Shown: positions 46,082 to 58,699, counted from the first letter of the stretch. The stretch is DNA of 64,000 bases from Eledone cirrhosa (GCA_964016885.1 OZ024744.1:80352001-80416000); one strand, 5' to 3'. The notes: a model not told the origin generated them from the letters alone. Made by a program: numbers and translations.

Positions 46082-49000
46082 CAACACCACCACCACCAAC
46101 ACAAACACCACCACCAACACCACCACCACCACAAACACAAAACCCACCACCACAACACAAACACTCCACCCCCAGCAACATCACCACCAACACCAACACC
46201 AACCGCATCAACACCACCACCACCAACAACACCAACAACACCACCAACAACACAAACACCAGCACCACGAACAACACCACCAACACCACTACCAACAACA
46301 ACACCACCACCACCAACAACACAAACACCACCACCACCACCAACACCACCACCACCACCACCACCACCACCACCAACAACAATAACACCACTACCACCAA
46401 CAACACTAACACCACCACCAACAACAACACAAACACCACCACCTCCCAACAACACAAACACCACCACTACCAACAACAACCACAACACCCACCACCACCA
46501 ACACCACCAACACCACCACCACCAACACCACCACCACCAACAACAACAACACTAACACTACCACCACCACCAACACCACCACCACCAACAACAACACCAA
46601 CACCACCACCACCACCAACAACAACACCACCACCAACAACAACACAAACACCACCACCACCACCAACAACACTAACACCACCACCACCAACAACACAAAC
46701 ACCACTACCACCATCAACTCCACCACCACTACCAACAACACAAACACCACCACCACTACCAACAACAACACCACCACCACCAACAACACAAACACCACCA
46801 CCACCAACAACACTAACACCACCACCACCAACAACACAAACACCACTACCACTACCAACTCCACCACCACTACCAACAACACAAACACCACCACCACCAA
46901 CAACAACACAAACACCACCACCACCAACAACACAAACACCACCACAAACTCCACCACCAACAACACAAACACCACCACTACCAACAACAACACAAACACC
47001 ACCACCAACAACACAAACACCACCACCACCAACAACACAAACACCACCACCACCACCACACTCCACCACCACCACCAACAACACAAACACCACCACTACC
47101 ACAACAACACAAACACCACCACCACCACCAACTCCACCACCAACAACACAAACACCACCACCACCACCAACTCCACCACCAACAACACAAACACCACCAC
47201 CACCAACAACACCTACACCACCACCACCAACAACAACACTAACACCACCACCACCACCACCAACAACAACACAAACACCACCACCACCAACAACACTAAC
47301 ACCCCCACCACCAACAACACTAACACCACCACCACCAACAACACTAACACCACTACCAACAACAACACAAACACCACTACCAACAACAACACAAACACCA
47401 CCACCACCACCAACAACACAAACACCACCACCAACAACAACACAAACACCACCACCACCAACAACACTAACACCACCACCACCAACAACACAAACACCAC
47501 CACCACCAACAACACAAACACCACCATCACCAACAACACAAACACCACCATCACCAACAACACTAACACCACCACCACCAACAACACAAACACCACCACC
47601 ACCAACAACACAAACACCACCATCACCAACAACACAAACACCACCACCACCAACAACACCTACACCACCACCACCAACAACAACACTAACACCACCACCA
47701 CCACCACCAACAACAACACAAACACCACCACCACCAACAACACTAACACCACCACCACCAACAACACTAACACCACCATCACCAACAACACAAACACCAC
47801 CACCACCAACAACACTAACACCACCACCACCAACAACACAAACACCACCACCAACAACAACACAAACACCACCACCACCAACAACACAAACACCACCACC
47901 ACCAACAACACAAACACCACCATCACCAACAACACAAACACCACCACCACCAACAACACTAACACCACCACCACCAACAACACAAACACCACCACCACCA
48001 ACAACACAAACACCACCATCACCAACAACACAAACACCACCATCACCAACAACACTAGCACCACTACCAACAACAACACAAACACCACCACCACCACCAA
48101 CAACACAAACACCACCACCAACAACAACACAAACACCACCACCACCAACAACACTAACACCACCACCTCCAACAACACAAACACCACCACCACCAACAAC
48201 ACAAACACCACCACCACCAACAACAACACAAACACCACCACCACCACCACCAACAACACAAACACCACCACCACCACCAACAACACAAACACCACCACCA
48301 ACAACAACACAAACACCACCACCACCAACAACACTAACACCACCACCTCCAACAACACTAACACCACTACCAACAACAACACAAACACCACTACCAACAA
48401 CAACACAAACACCACCACCACCACCAACAACACAAACACCACCACCACCAACAACAACACAAACACCACCACCACTAACAACACTAACACCACCACCTCC
48501 AACAACACAAACACCACCACCACCAACAACACAAACACCACCATCACCAACAACACAAACACCACCATCACCAACAACACTAACACCACCACCACCAACA
48601 ACACAAACACCACCACCACCAACAACAACACAAACACCACCACCACCAACAACACAAACACCACCACCACCAACAACACAAACACCACCACCACCACCAA
48701 CAACAACACAAACACCACCACCAACAACAACAATAACACCACCACCACCAACAACAATAACACCACCACCACCAACAACACTAACACCACCACCACCAAC
48801 AACACTAACACCCACTACCAACAACAACACAAACACCACCACCTCCAACAACACTAACACCACCACCACCAACAACACAAACACCACCACGACCACCACC
48901 AACACAAACACCACCACCAACAACACAAACACCACCACCACCAACAACACAAACACCACCACCAACACAAACCACCACCACCAACAACACAAACACCACC

Positions 49001-49313
49001 ACCACCAACACAAACACCACCACCACCAACACAACACAACAGCACCTCCAACACAAACACCACCACCACCAACAACACAAACACCACCACCAACGACACA
49101 AACACCACCACCACCAACTCCACCACCACCAACACAAACACCACCACCAACAACACAACCACCACCACCAACACCACCACCACCACCACCACCAACACAA
49201 ACACCACCACCAACACCACCACCACCACCACAAATACAAAACCACCACCACAACACAAACACTCCACCCCCAGCAACATCAACACCAACACCACCAACAA
49301 CAACACAAACACC

Positions 49314-49345
<32 letters not shown>

Positions 49346-50037
49346 CAACAACAACACCACCACCCACCAACACAAACACCACCACCAACACCACCACCAC
49401 CACAAACACAAAACCCACCACCACAACACAAACACTCCACCCCCAGCAACATCACCACCAACACCAACACCAACAGCATCAACACCACCACCACCAACAA
49501 CACCAACAACACCACCAACAACACAAACACCAGCACCACGAACAACACCACCAACACCACTACCAACAACAACACCACCACCACCAACAACACAAACACC
49601 ACCACCACCAACAACACTAACACCACTACCACCAACAACACAAACACCACCACCACCAACAACACAAACACCACCACCACCAACAACACAAACACCACCA
49701 CCACCACCAACAACACTAACACCACTACCAACAACAACACAAACACCACCACCAACAACAACACCAACACCACCACCACCACCAACAACACAAACACCAC
49801 CACCAACAACAACACCAACACCACCACCACCAACAACACCTACACCACCACCACCAACAACACCAACAACACCACCAACAACACAAACACCACCAACAAC
49901 ACCACCAACACCACCACCATCAACACTAACACCACCACCAACAACATCACCACAACCACCAACAACAACACCCCCCCCCCCCCCAGCAACATCACAACCA
50001 CCACAAACACCACCAACAACAACACCTTCACCGCCAC
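9880..50037. repeat. ~40 kb A/C-rich triplet satellite (ACC/AAC/ACA) with higher-order repeats
   Basis: Recurring module (CCA)n-ACA-(ACA)-CAA-ACA with G and T rare on the + strand. Diagnostic variant motifs recur at kb spacing, and identical ORF translations recur at fixed offsets (5508, 1727, 7693 bp). Confidence 0.97.
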
Positions 50038-50330
50038 ACCATACTTTTTCCTATATATATATCTCAGTGTGTTACATTACTTTACAATAATTTCTTTGGG
50101 ATGCTAGAAATATGTTTAAAAACGAGAGAAACAAGAAAAAAGAACTCGCTATTACAGAATATAGAGTGAGGTGTGTAAGGTGTGTGTGTTAGAAATAAGC
50201 GGCAAGTGTGGAAAGGTACAACAGGTAGATAAGATAGGTAGGTAGATAGATTGATTGAAAGATAGAAGGCTAAGTTGATAGGTGAAATAGCTAGATAGAT
50301 TTATCGATACTTAGTTAGATGGATAGATAT

Positions 50331-50775
50331 ATTTCTTTATTAGCCACAGGGGCACAAAAGAAGGGGACAAATACAAAGGGGGAAGTTTACATACAATAAA
50401 AACGTGTAAAATGTTATCACAGATGGAATTTAAAAGTTAGTCGATTTTCCCCAATAGAGGGAGACAGTTTATATGGGTAACACAGACCCCCGAAAAAAAT
50501 GTGCAACCCTCATCTCCAGGAGTACGAAGAGCTTGTACTCCTTTCCTCTCCTCCTCCTTTTCCTCAACCTACAGGCTGATATAGAGAGAAGGCCCATTCA
50601 CTCGGGCCATTCTCGCCACTTTCACCCACCTTTCATAAAACTTGCTGGGGTACAGCACCTCTCTCTCCATCCTGATTCTTCTTCCAAAGTGGTATTTAAA
50701 AAAAAGAATCAGTTGTTGGCCGGAGAGAAAGGTGTCTGACCTCAGCCCTTTCAACCTTGTCCACCATACAACCTA
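50331..50775 (-). mobile_element. L1/Tx1-like LINE 3' fragment
   Basis: ORF 50569..50754 (FFKYHFGRRIRMEREVLYPSKFYERWVKVA) resembles Tx1-type ORF2 C-termini as I recall them. The 3' UTR ends in AATAAAGAAAT followed by (TATC)n. Confidence 0.55.
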
Positions 50776-50780
50776 CAGAC

Positions 50781-50838
<58 letters not shown>

Positions 50839-50870
50839 ATAGATTGATTGATTGATAGGTAGATAGATAT
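50776..50870. repeat. (GATA)n microsatellite
   Basis: Direct reading. Confidence 0.95.
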
Positions 50871-51035
50871 ATTTCGTTATTAGCCACAAGGGCGCACAAG
50901 AAAAGGGGACAAAACAAAGACACATGCCTGGGATTTTACATACAATCGTGTAAAAATATTGAAACAAGCAAATTTAACAATCGAAATCCCCAATAGAGGA
51001 GAGGCGTTACAAATGGGTTGTTTAATACCCCGTAG
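50871..51035 (-). mobile_element. Second, shorter 3' fragment of the same LINE family
   Basis: TTATTAGCCACA..GGGGACAAA..TTTACATACAAT..TCCCCAATAGAGG is colinear with 50331-50490. Confidence 0.6.
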
Positions 51036-51444
51036 ATAGAACAACCCTCAACTTCAGCAGAGTGTTGTGTATAAATAGGTAGATAGATAAAATTATGGAT
51101 AGAGGTAAATAAGCTAAATAAGGAAAGAACAAACAAAAAGAGAAGAGTGGATCGATTGAAAAGAAAGAATATCAATATTTGTGAATGAACGCAAGATCAA
51201 ATGGAGATATCACATGGAGATATCACATGGGATTTAGAAAAGAAATTTGGAAAATAGAAAACAAAAACAAAACATCACAAGAATCCAACATTTCTATGTA
51301 AAAGAGACGATTTCCTTTCTTATTTTGTTATTGTTTTATTATTAATTATCTTCGGTAACAGGTACCCCCCCCCCATACATACGTACATATATATATATAC
51401 ATACATACATATATATATACATACATACATATATACATACATAT

Positions 51445-51500
<56 letters not shown>

Positions 51501-51554
51501 ATATATATATATATAAATATAGATCATATAAAAACACACATATATACCTATATA

Positions 51555-51882
51555 CAGTTATCCCCCCGGTATTCGCGGGCATTTACGTTCCTAGAGCACC
51601 TGCAAATATTGGACGTGGTCCATAAAAATGCCAATATACGTCAAAATGTCAAAATTTAACGTAAAATATAATGAAAAAAGAGCGTCTTATGCGAATGGGC
51701 GTCCAATAGCCCGGCAAATACGGTATATTGTTATTAATAATTTAGCTTTAAAAATATTGCCACGAAAAATGCCATAAAAAATCGCGGAAAGTATTTACGA
51801 TTCCTCGAATATGCCATGGTTTCCACGAGCAATTATTAATTAAGTTCTAAGGAAAAATTCCGCGAATGCCGAGGGTACACTG
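51555..51882. mobile_element. Tigger/pogo-like MITE, copy 1
   Basis: Imperfect TIRs CAGTTATCCCCCCGGTATTCGCG / CGCGAATGCCGAGGGTACACTG. The interior is the reverse complement of 52471-52759. Confidence 0.75.
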
Positions 51883-52310
51883 TGTACCTATATATTTGTA
51901 TATAAATACCTCTCAGGTGGTTGCCTCTTTGAAAACACAATGACGGAATTTTCTGAGACATCTCTGTTTCCGTTCTCAGCGCGGTTCCAGTCTGAAAGCA
52001 CGCTTCCCCCTCCCTCTCTATCTTTCTCACTCTCTCTCTCTCTCTCTCTTTCATATTCAAAAGGCGATTAGTATCGCAATGATCGGCACGTGCAAAAATA
52101 ACCTTACAATTATTGCAGTTGTAGCAGCAGCAGCAACAACAATAACAACAGCAGCAGCAATAATATCGTGTCTCATCGATCTGTCATGTCTTCCCTTGCA
52201 GCAGTAGTCACAGAACTTGGAAACTTCAGGTATGCTATGCTATGATGTTTTCGAAGATTCCTCCATTTGAGTGTTGGCACCAGAAACGGATTTGGTTTCA
52301 TATGTGTGTA

Positions 52311-52397
52311 TTTTGCCTTTCATCCTTACGGTGTCGATAAAATAAAGTACCAGTAATGCACTGGGTAATTGCTGGCCTTGTGCCAAAAGTAGAAACA
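52311..52397 (+). mobile_element. SINE 3' fragment
   Basis: Reverse-complement match to 8242-8330 (TTTGCCTTTCATCCTTACGG..GATAAAATAAAGTACCAGTAATG..GCTGGCCTTGTGCC..AAGTAGAAACA). Confidence 0.72.
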
Positions 52398-52470
52398 GTT
52401 ATATGTGTGTATTTAAGCTGATGGTCGATCCGATTTCCCAAAGCTGGAGCGATATATACATAAATATATA

Positions 52471-52759
52471 CAGTGTGCCCCAGTATTCGCGGATTTTCCC
52501 TTAGAACCTAACTAATATTTGTTCCTGTAAACCACCGCATATTCGCGGAATCGATATCTTCAGCGATGTTTTTATGGCTTTTTTCGTGGCAATATATATA
52601 TATATTAACGCTAAATTATTAATAACAATATACCGTATTTGTCAGTATTTAACGTTGTTTTCACGTAGGCATCGTTATGGACCAAGTCCAATATTCGCGG
52701 TTTTTCACTCTTCGAACGTGCTCTAGGAACGTACCCCTCTGAATACTGGGGGACAACTG
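52471..52759. mobile_element. Tigger/pogo-like MITE, copy 2
   Basis: TA|CAGTGTGCCCCAGTATTC ... GAATACTGGGGGACAACTG|TA, i.e. TIRs with a TA target duplication. Confidence 0.8.
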
Positions 52760-52830
<71 letters not shown>

Positions 52831-52833
<3 letters not shown>

Positions 52834-52945
52834 GGAACGAGTAGGACCCCGACGGCTGAGCTCAAGCCATTTCGACGGCGAATTCCGGAATTAGCCGTCG
52901 AAACGGCTTGATGAGCTCAGCCGTCGGGGTCCTACTCGTTCCTAT
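52831..52945. repeat. GC-rich near-perfect 115-bp palindrome
   Basis: ATAGGAACGAGTAGGACCCCGACGGCTGAGCTCA... is mirrored by ...TGAGCTCAGCCGTCGGGGTCCTACTCGTTCCTAT, centred on AATTCC|GGAATT. Confidence 0.92.
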
Positions 52946-53037
52946 TACCCACTCTACTACCCTAAGTATTGAGTACTTTGGTGCGTTATGGTCCACCTGG
53001 TTCCTTACCACCTGGTTCCTTACCACATTTCCTTCGT

Positions 53038-53137
<100 letters not shown>

Positions 53138-53145
53138 CATATATA

Positions 53146-55247
53146 TAAGATCAAAAGATGGTTAAAAGAGTTCCAAGTATTTTATTATGCGCATTTCAAA
53201 GACAAATATCATCATGCGATGACATTTGCGTTTTTGTCAGATAAAATAGGAAGACATGATATGAAGGTTAAAAAACACTTGTGAATAGTGCTGTTTTAAA
53301 TCAACATATGAAAAGTAATTTAAGATTGATGTGTCATATTGGGAAAAAAAATGAGGGGGGGGGGTGGAAAGGATGAAAAAGAGGAGGAGATGAGAGTAAA
53401 GAATGGTGGGGGGAGGAGTATAATAAGGAAGGATGAGATAGGAGAGATGGGTGATAGAAAGAGAGAGATAGCCTTTATAACTGAGAAAAATATATTGTTT
53501 TACAGAGAGAGGTTAAAAAGCCGTTGGAAGATAATATATAAATTAAAAGAATTTGAAAATTAATGAAGAGAAAAATTTAAGAATAATGTTAAATTAAGGT
53601 TTGTATATTGAAGGGTTTAATAATATGCGCGATGAAAAGATATTGTTAATATGTATTAAGAATAATATTAAATTAAGGTTTGAATATTGAAGGGTTTAAT
53701 AATATGTGCGATGAAAGAAATTGTTGATATGTATTATTAAATTAAAAAATATTAATGTTATTAAGGATATAATGTGAAAAGAAGTAGAAGAGTGGATGAA
53801 TTATGAATTTAGAGGAATTAGTTAGTGTTTAAGTTTGTTTTTATGTAATGTAATATGTATGCGTAATATATGTAAATAGTTTGTTTACAAATGAGCGCAG
53901 AAAGCAAAGAAGGAGATAGTGTTTAAGGAAGAGAAGACTCTAACATCAAAATATGTATGTTTATGAAGTATTTCCTAATGGTAATAATATAATGTAATAA
54001 AGGAGATTAGTTAGGGTTTAAGTTTGTTTTTATGTATTGTATGTGTAATATGTAAAAGTTAGACGAGCATGAAAGGGAGAAAAAAATAATGAATTGAGGA
54101 TGAATAATCTAACGTAAAAAAAAAAATGTTTATGTTTACGAAGGATTTTTAAAGGTGATACTATAAAGTATTTAAAAGTGTAATAGTAAGGTTTATGGCC
54201 AGTGATATAATGGAAGAAGGGAGAGTGGTAATATTGTGGTGAGTAATAATGAGAATTGAGAAGTATCTAGGAAGAAAAGGTACAGATTAGAGGTTAGAAA
54301 TTAAAAGAAAAAAGGAAAAAAGGAAGGAAGGGAAGTGATAAATAGGAATGATATAGAATGAGTAACTAGTATTATATAATGTATAATAAATAACATTGAA
54401 ATAAGGTAGAAAGATGGGTATATTTTAAAAGAAATATATATATATGCCTTTGAGAAAAAGGATTTTAAATTGGTAAAGTATTAGATATTAGCTGTATACT
54501 TTACGGAATGTTCTGTGGAATTTATGTAAGCAGAGAGAAAATAAGTCAGTGCGTCTATTTATTATAGAATCTAAATTAGATATAATGGTAAATTTCTCAC
54601 ATAAACAAAGATTACATGTTTTGGATAGAGAGGCATTCAAGTATGGAGAGGCAGAACAAACTTTCCTCCAAGAGATGTTATAGTTAATATTTTTGTCTTT
54701 CAAGGACCATATGAGTTCTGAGAGTGCCGTGTTGGTTCTTTTAAGTTGGTATTTAAAAGAAAAATGATGATTATAAAGACGAGCTTTAAAGGAGGTGGAA
54801 GTGGAGCCAAAATAGGTAAAGGAATTTTTGTCAGTTATAACTTTACATTCATAGACTAAGTTTTTTCTCAAGACAATGGTTGTTGAGAGGACATTTATTT
54901 TTAACAGGGCAATTACAATTGCGATTAGAGAAATTAACAGAGTTATTAACAAGTGACCTAGTGTTATCTATAGGAGGAATTGGATTGGGGAAGTTATTTA
55001 CGATAGGAATAATAGTTTCTTGATTTAGATTGGGATTAAGAACATTTAACGAAGTTGCGTTTGACGTCGTATTTGGGTTTGCAGAAATTAGCCTAGAGTT
55101 AACAATGACGTCGGGAGTACTACTGCTATTATTATGATATTCAGTGTTGGAAGGAAGAGATTTAGTATTTAGTATTTTATTGTTGTGTTTAGAGATAATG
55201 TTGGAGGAGGTGGAATAGGAACATTTTATAGTATGTGTGTTAAATAT
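53146..55247 (-). mobile_element. Penelope-like retroelement, 5'-truncated copy (linker, GIY-YIG endonuclease, 3' UTR/pLTR), left arm
   Basis: IFNTHTIKCSYS..NIISKHNNKILN...CNCPVKNKCPLNNHCL, then after a frameshift LVYECKV...YFGSTSTSFKARLYNH..TALSELIWSLK..CNLCLCEK..NRRTDL (ORF 54488..54952). Confidence 0.88.
53178..53248 (-). ncRNA. Hammerhead motif with mutated core (CUGACAA), probably inactive
   Basis: Same structure as 56997-57067 but with G8 changed to A in the CUGANGA box. Confidence 0.65.
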
Positions 55248-57193
55248 TTAACTCTAGGCTAATTTCTGCAAACCCAAATACGACGTCAAACGCAACTTCG
55301 TTAAATGTTCTTAATCCCAATCTAAATCAAGAAACTATTATTCCTATCGTAAATAACTTCCCCAATCCAATTCCTCCTATAGATAACACTAGGTCACTTG
55401 TTAATAACTCTGTTAATTTCTCTAATCGCAATTGTAATTGCCCTGTTAAAAATGAATGTCCTCTCAACAACCATTGTCTTGAAAAAAAACTTAGTCTATG
55501 AATGTAAAGTTATAACTGACACCAATTCCTTTACCTATTTTGGCTCCACTTCCACCTCCTTTAAAGCTCGTCTTTATAATCATCATTCTTCTTTTAAATA
55601 CCAACTTAAAAGAACCAACACGGCACTCTCAGAACTCATATGGTCCTTGAAAGACAAAAATATTAACTATAACATCTCTTGGAGGAAAGTTTGTTCTGCC
55701 TCTCTATCCAAAACATGTAATCTTTGTTTATGTGAGAAATTTACCATTATATTTAATTTAGATTCTATAATAAATAGACGCATTGACTTATTTTCTTTCT
55801 GTTTGCATAAATTCCACAGAACATTCCATAAAGTATACTTTACCAATTTAAAATCCTTTTTCTCAAAGGCACATATATATATATATTTCTTTAAAAATAT
55901 ACCCATCTTTCTACCTTATTTCATTGTTATTTATTATACATTATATAATACTAGTTACTCATTCTATATCATTCCTATTTATCACTTCCCTTCCTTCCTT
56001 TTTTCCTTTTTTCTTTTAATTTCTAACCTCTAATCTGTACCTTTTCTTCCTAGATACTTCTCAATTCTCATTATTACTCACCACAATATATCCACTCTCC
56101 CTTCTTCCATCATATCACTGGCCATAAAACTTACTATTACCCTTTTAAATACTTTATAGTATCACCTTTAAAAATCCTTCGTAAACATAAACATTTTTTT
56201 TTACGTTAGATTATTCATCCTCAATTCATTATTTTTTTCTCCCTTTCATGCTCGTCTAACTTTTACATATTACACACACAATACATAAAAACAAACTTAA
56301 ACCCTAACTAATCTCCTTTATTACATTATATTATTACCATTAGGAAATACTTCATAAACATACATATTTTGATGTTAGAGTCTTCTCTTCCTTAAACACT
56401 ATCTCCTTCTTTGCTTTCTGCGCTCATTTGTAAACAAACTATTTACATATATTACGCATACATATTACATTACATAAAAACAAACTTAAACACTAACTAA
56501 TTCCTCTAAATTCATAATTCATCTACTCTTCTACTTCTTTTCACATTATATCCTTAATAACATTAATATTTTTTAATTTAATAATACATATCAACAATTT
56601 CTTTCCATCGCACATATTATTAAACCCTTCAATATTCAAACCTTAATTTAATATTATTCTTAATACATATTAACAATATCTTTTCATCGCACATATTATG
56701 AAACCCTTAAATATCTTCCAACGGCTTTTTAACCTCTCTCTGTAAAACAATATATTTTTCTTAGTTATAAAGGCTATCTCTCTCTCTTTCTATCACCCAT
56801 CTCTCCTCCTATCTCATCTTTCCTTATTATACTCCTCCCCCACCATTCTTTACTCTCATCTCCTCCTCTTTTTTATCCTTTCCAACCCCCCTCATTTTTT
56901 TCCCAATATGACACATCAATCTTAAATTACTTTTCATATGTTGATTTAAAACTGCACTATTCACAAGTGTTTTTTAACCTTCATATCATGTCTCCCTATT
57001 TTATCTGACGAAAACGCAAATGTCATCGCATGATGATATTTGTCTTTGAAATGCGCATAATAAAATACATGGCACTCTTTTAACCATCTTTTGATCTTAT
57101 ATTATTTATACTCCAGTCCTACAAACTGTAGAGTGCTACTTATCCGATATCTGCATTGCTTTATTGTACTACAATAAAACTCAACTCCTACAT
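55248..57193 (+). mobile_element. Penelope-like retroelement, 5'-truncated copy, right arm of the palindrome
   Basis: Reverse complement of 53146-55102 with few differences. ORF 55398..56033 carries the GIY-YIG domain. It has an extra ~95-bp 3' tail and ends in (TA)n. Confidence 0.88.
56997..57067 (+). ncRNA. Minimal hammerhead ribozyme in the Penelope pLTR
   Basis: TATTTTAT-CTGACGA-AAACGCAAATGTCATC(GCAT)GATGATATTTGTCTTT-GAAA-TGCGCA-TA-ATAAAATA. Confidence 0.85.
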
Positions 57194-57489
57194 TACATAT
57201 ATATATATATATAGTCTTTTTTAAGGCTATACAGAGCATTGGTAGCTTTTCCAAATTGAAGGATGAGTATTTTAAACTTTATTTTATTCTGAGTTAAAGC
57301 TCTATTGATATTTCCCTGGATTTCATCAAATTCTGTGGGTGAATCTATATCCTGATTCTTTTTGAATTGAGTTTGAATTATTTGCCCACATCTTACGTTA
57401 ACTATTTTTCCATTTTGACGCTATAGTCACTTATATATTATAGAATACTGTTGGCTTCTTGCTACAATAATTTCTATACTTTTCATTTA

Positions 57490-57494
<5 letters not shown>

Positions 57495-57575
<81 letters not shown>
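57495..57575. repeat. (TA)n microsatellite
   Basis: Direct reading. Further (TA)n tracts occur at ~51456, 52782, 53038, 58045, 60235, 62046 and 62652. Confidence 0.95.
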
Positions 57576-57579
<4 letters not shown>

Positions 57580-57675
57580 TTTACATATATATATATACAT
57601 ACACATACATATACGTGTTTTGCAACTGGTCACTTTGTGGCTCAATGAAAAATTAATAAATTAAACAATCAGAGC

Positions 57676-58149
<474 letters not shown>

Positions 58150-58152
58150 TGT

Positions 58153-58392
58153 GTGTGGCCTAGTGGTATGGGTGTTGGACTTGACTTACGATCATAATAT
58201 CGTAGATTCGATTCCTGGGTTGTGTACTTGAGCAAAACACTTCATTTCACGTTGCTCCAGTATACTCACATGAAAGTGAGTACCAGCAATAGCTGGGGAT
58301 TTAACCCTGCGATAGATTGGCGTCCTGTCCAGGACTCTTGTACTCTCAGTCACTTCACGCCAAATGAGCCCTTAGGCTTAAGACAGACTTTA
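58153..58392 (+). mobile_element. tRNA-derived SINE with V-SINE-like core
   Basis: A box TGGCCTAGTGG, B box GATTCGATTCC, and central AACCCTGCGATAGATTGGCGTCCTGTCCAGG resembling the V-domain. Confidence 0.75.
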
Positions 58393-58524
58393 TATATACA
58401 CAATACGACAGACTTATATCGACGCTGAAAATAGCAGCCAAAGCCGTCTAAATAAGCTCAACAATGATGGAGCAGTCAATATTAATATATATATATTCAA
58501 CTTGTCTCCTTATTCCTAAGAAAA

Positions 58525-58630
58525 AAATTCACCTCCCGATGAAGGAACTGAAATTCTTCCAATATTGGTTATTCCAATATCTTGCAATTGCCAATGTTGT
58601 ATCTTGAGTTCCTGAAACCATGGGTATTTT
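58525..58630 (+). ncRNA. Degenerate hammerhead-like motif (CCGAUGA core)
   Basis: CCGATGA(58536)-AGGAACT...AGTTCCT-GAAA(58614)-CCATGG. The cleavage site and helix I 3' strand look partly deleted. Confidence 0.5.
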
Positions 58631-58699
58631 ATAAGTTAAAACTTACTTATTTTAGCTGATTTAGCTTATATCCCACCAAAATGAGATTTTGCTTAAGTT

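Noticed and set aside
9781-50037. Dozens of long minus-strand ORFs (poly-Val, Gly/Val/Cys, Trp/Cys; up to 1178 aa)
   Set aside because: They are translations of a G/T-rich repeat strand where stops are rare. They switch between the three phases at indels and start mainly at GTG/TTG. They show no domain content.
9880-50037. CRISPR-like or telomeric array
   Set aside because: There is no constant repeat with unique spacers, no cas genes and no TTAGGG-type unit. The context is eukaryotic and interstitial.
52988-53037. Short direct repeats CCACCTGGTTCCTTA
   Set aside because: Possibly a DNA-transposon subterminal fragment, but too short to assign.
58153-58225. tRNA gene
   Set aside because: A and B boxes are present, but there is no cloverleaf and the sequence continues into a SINE body.
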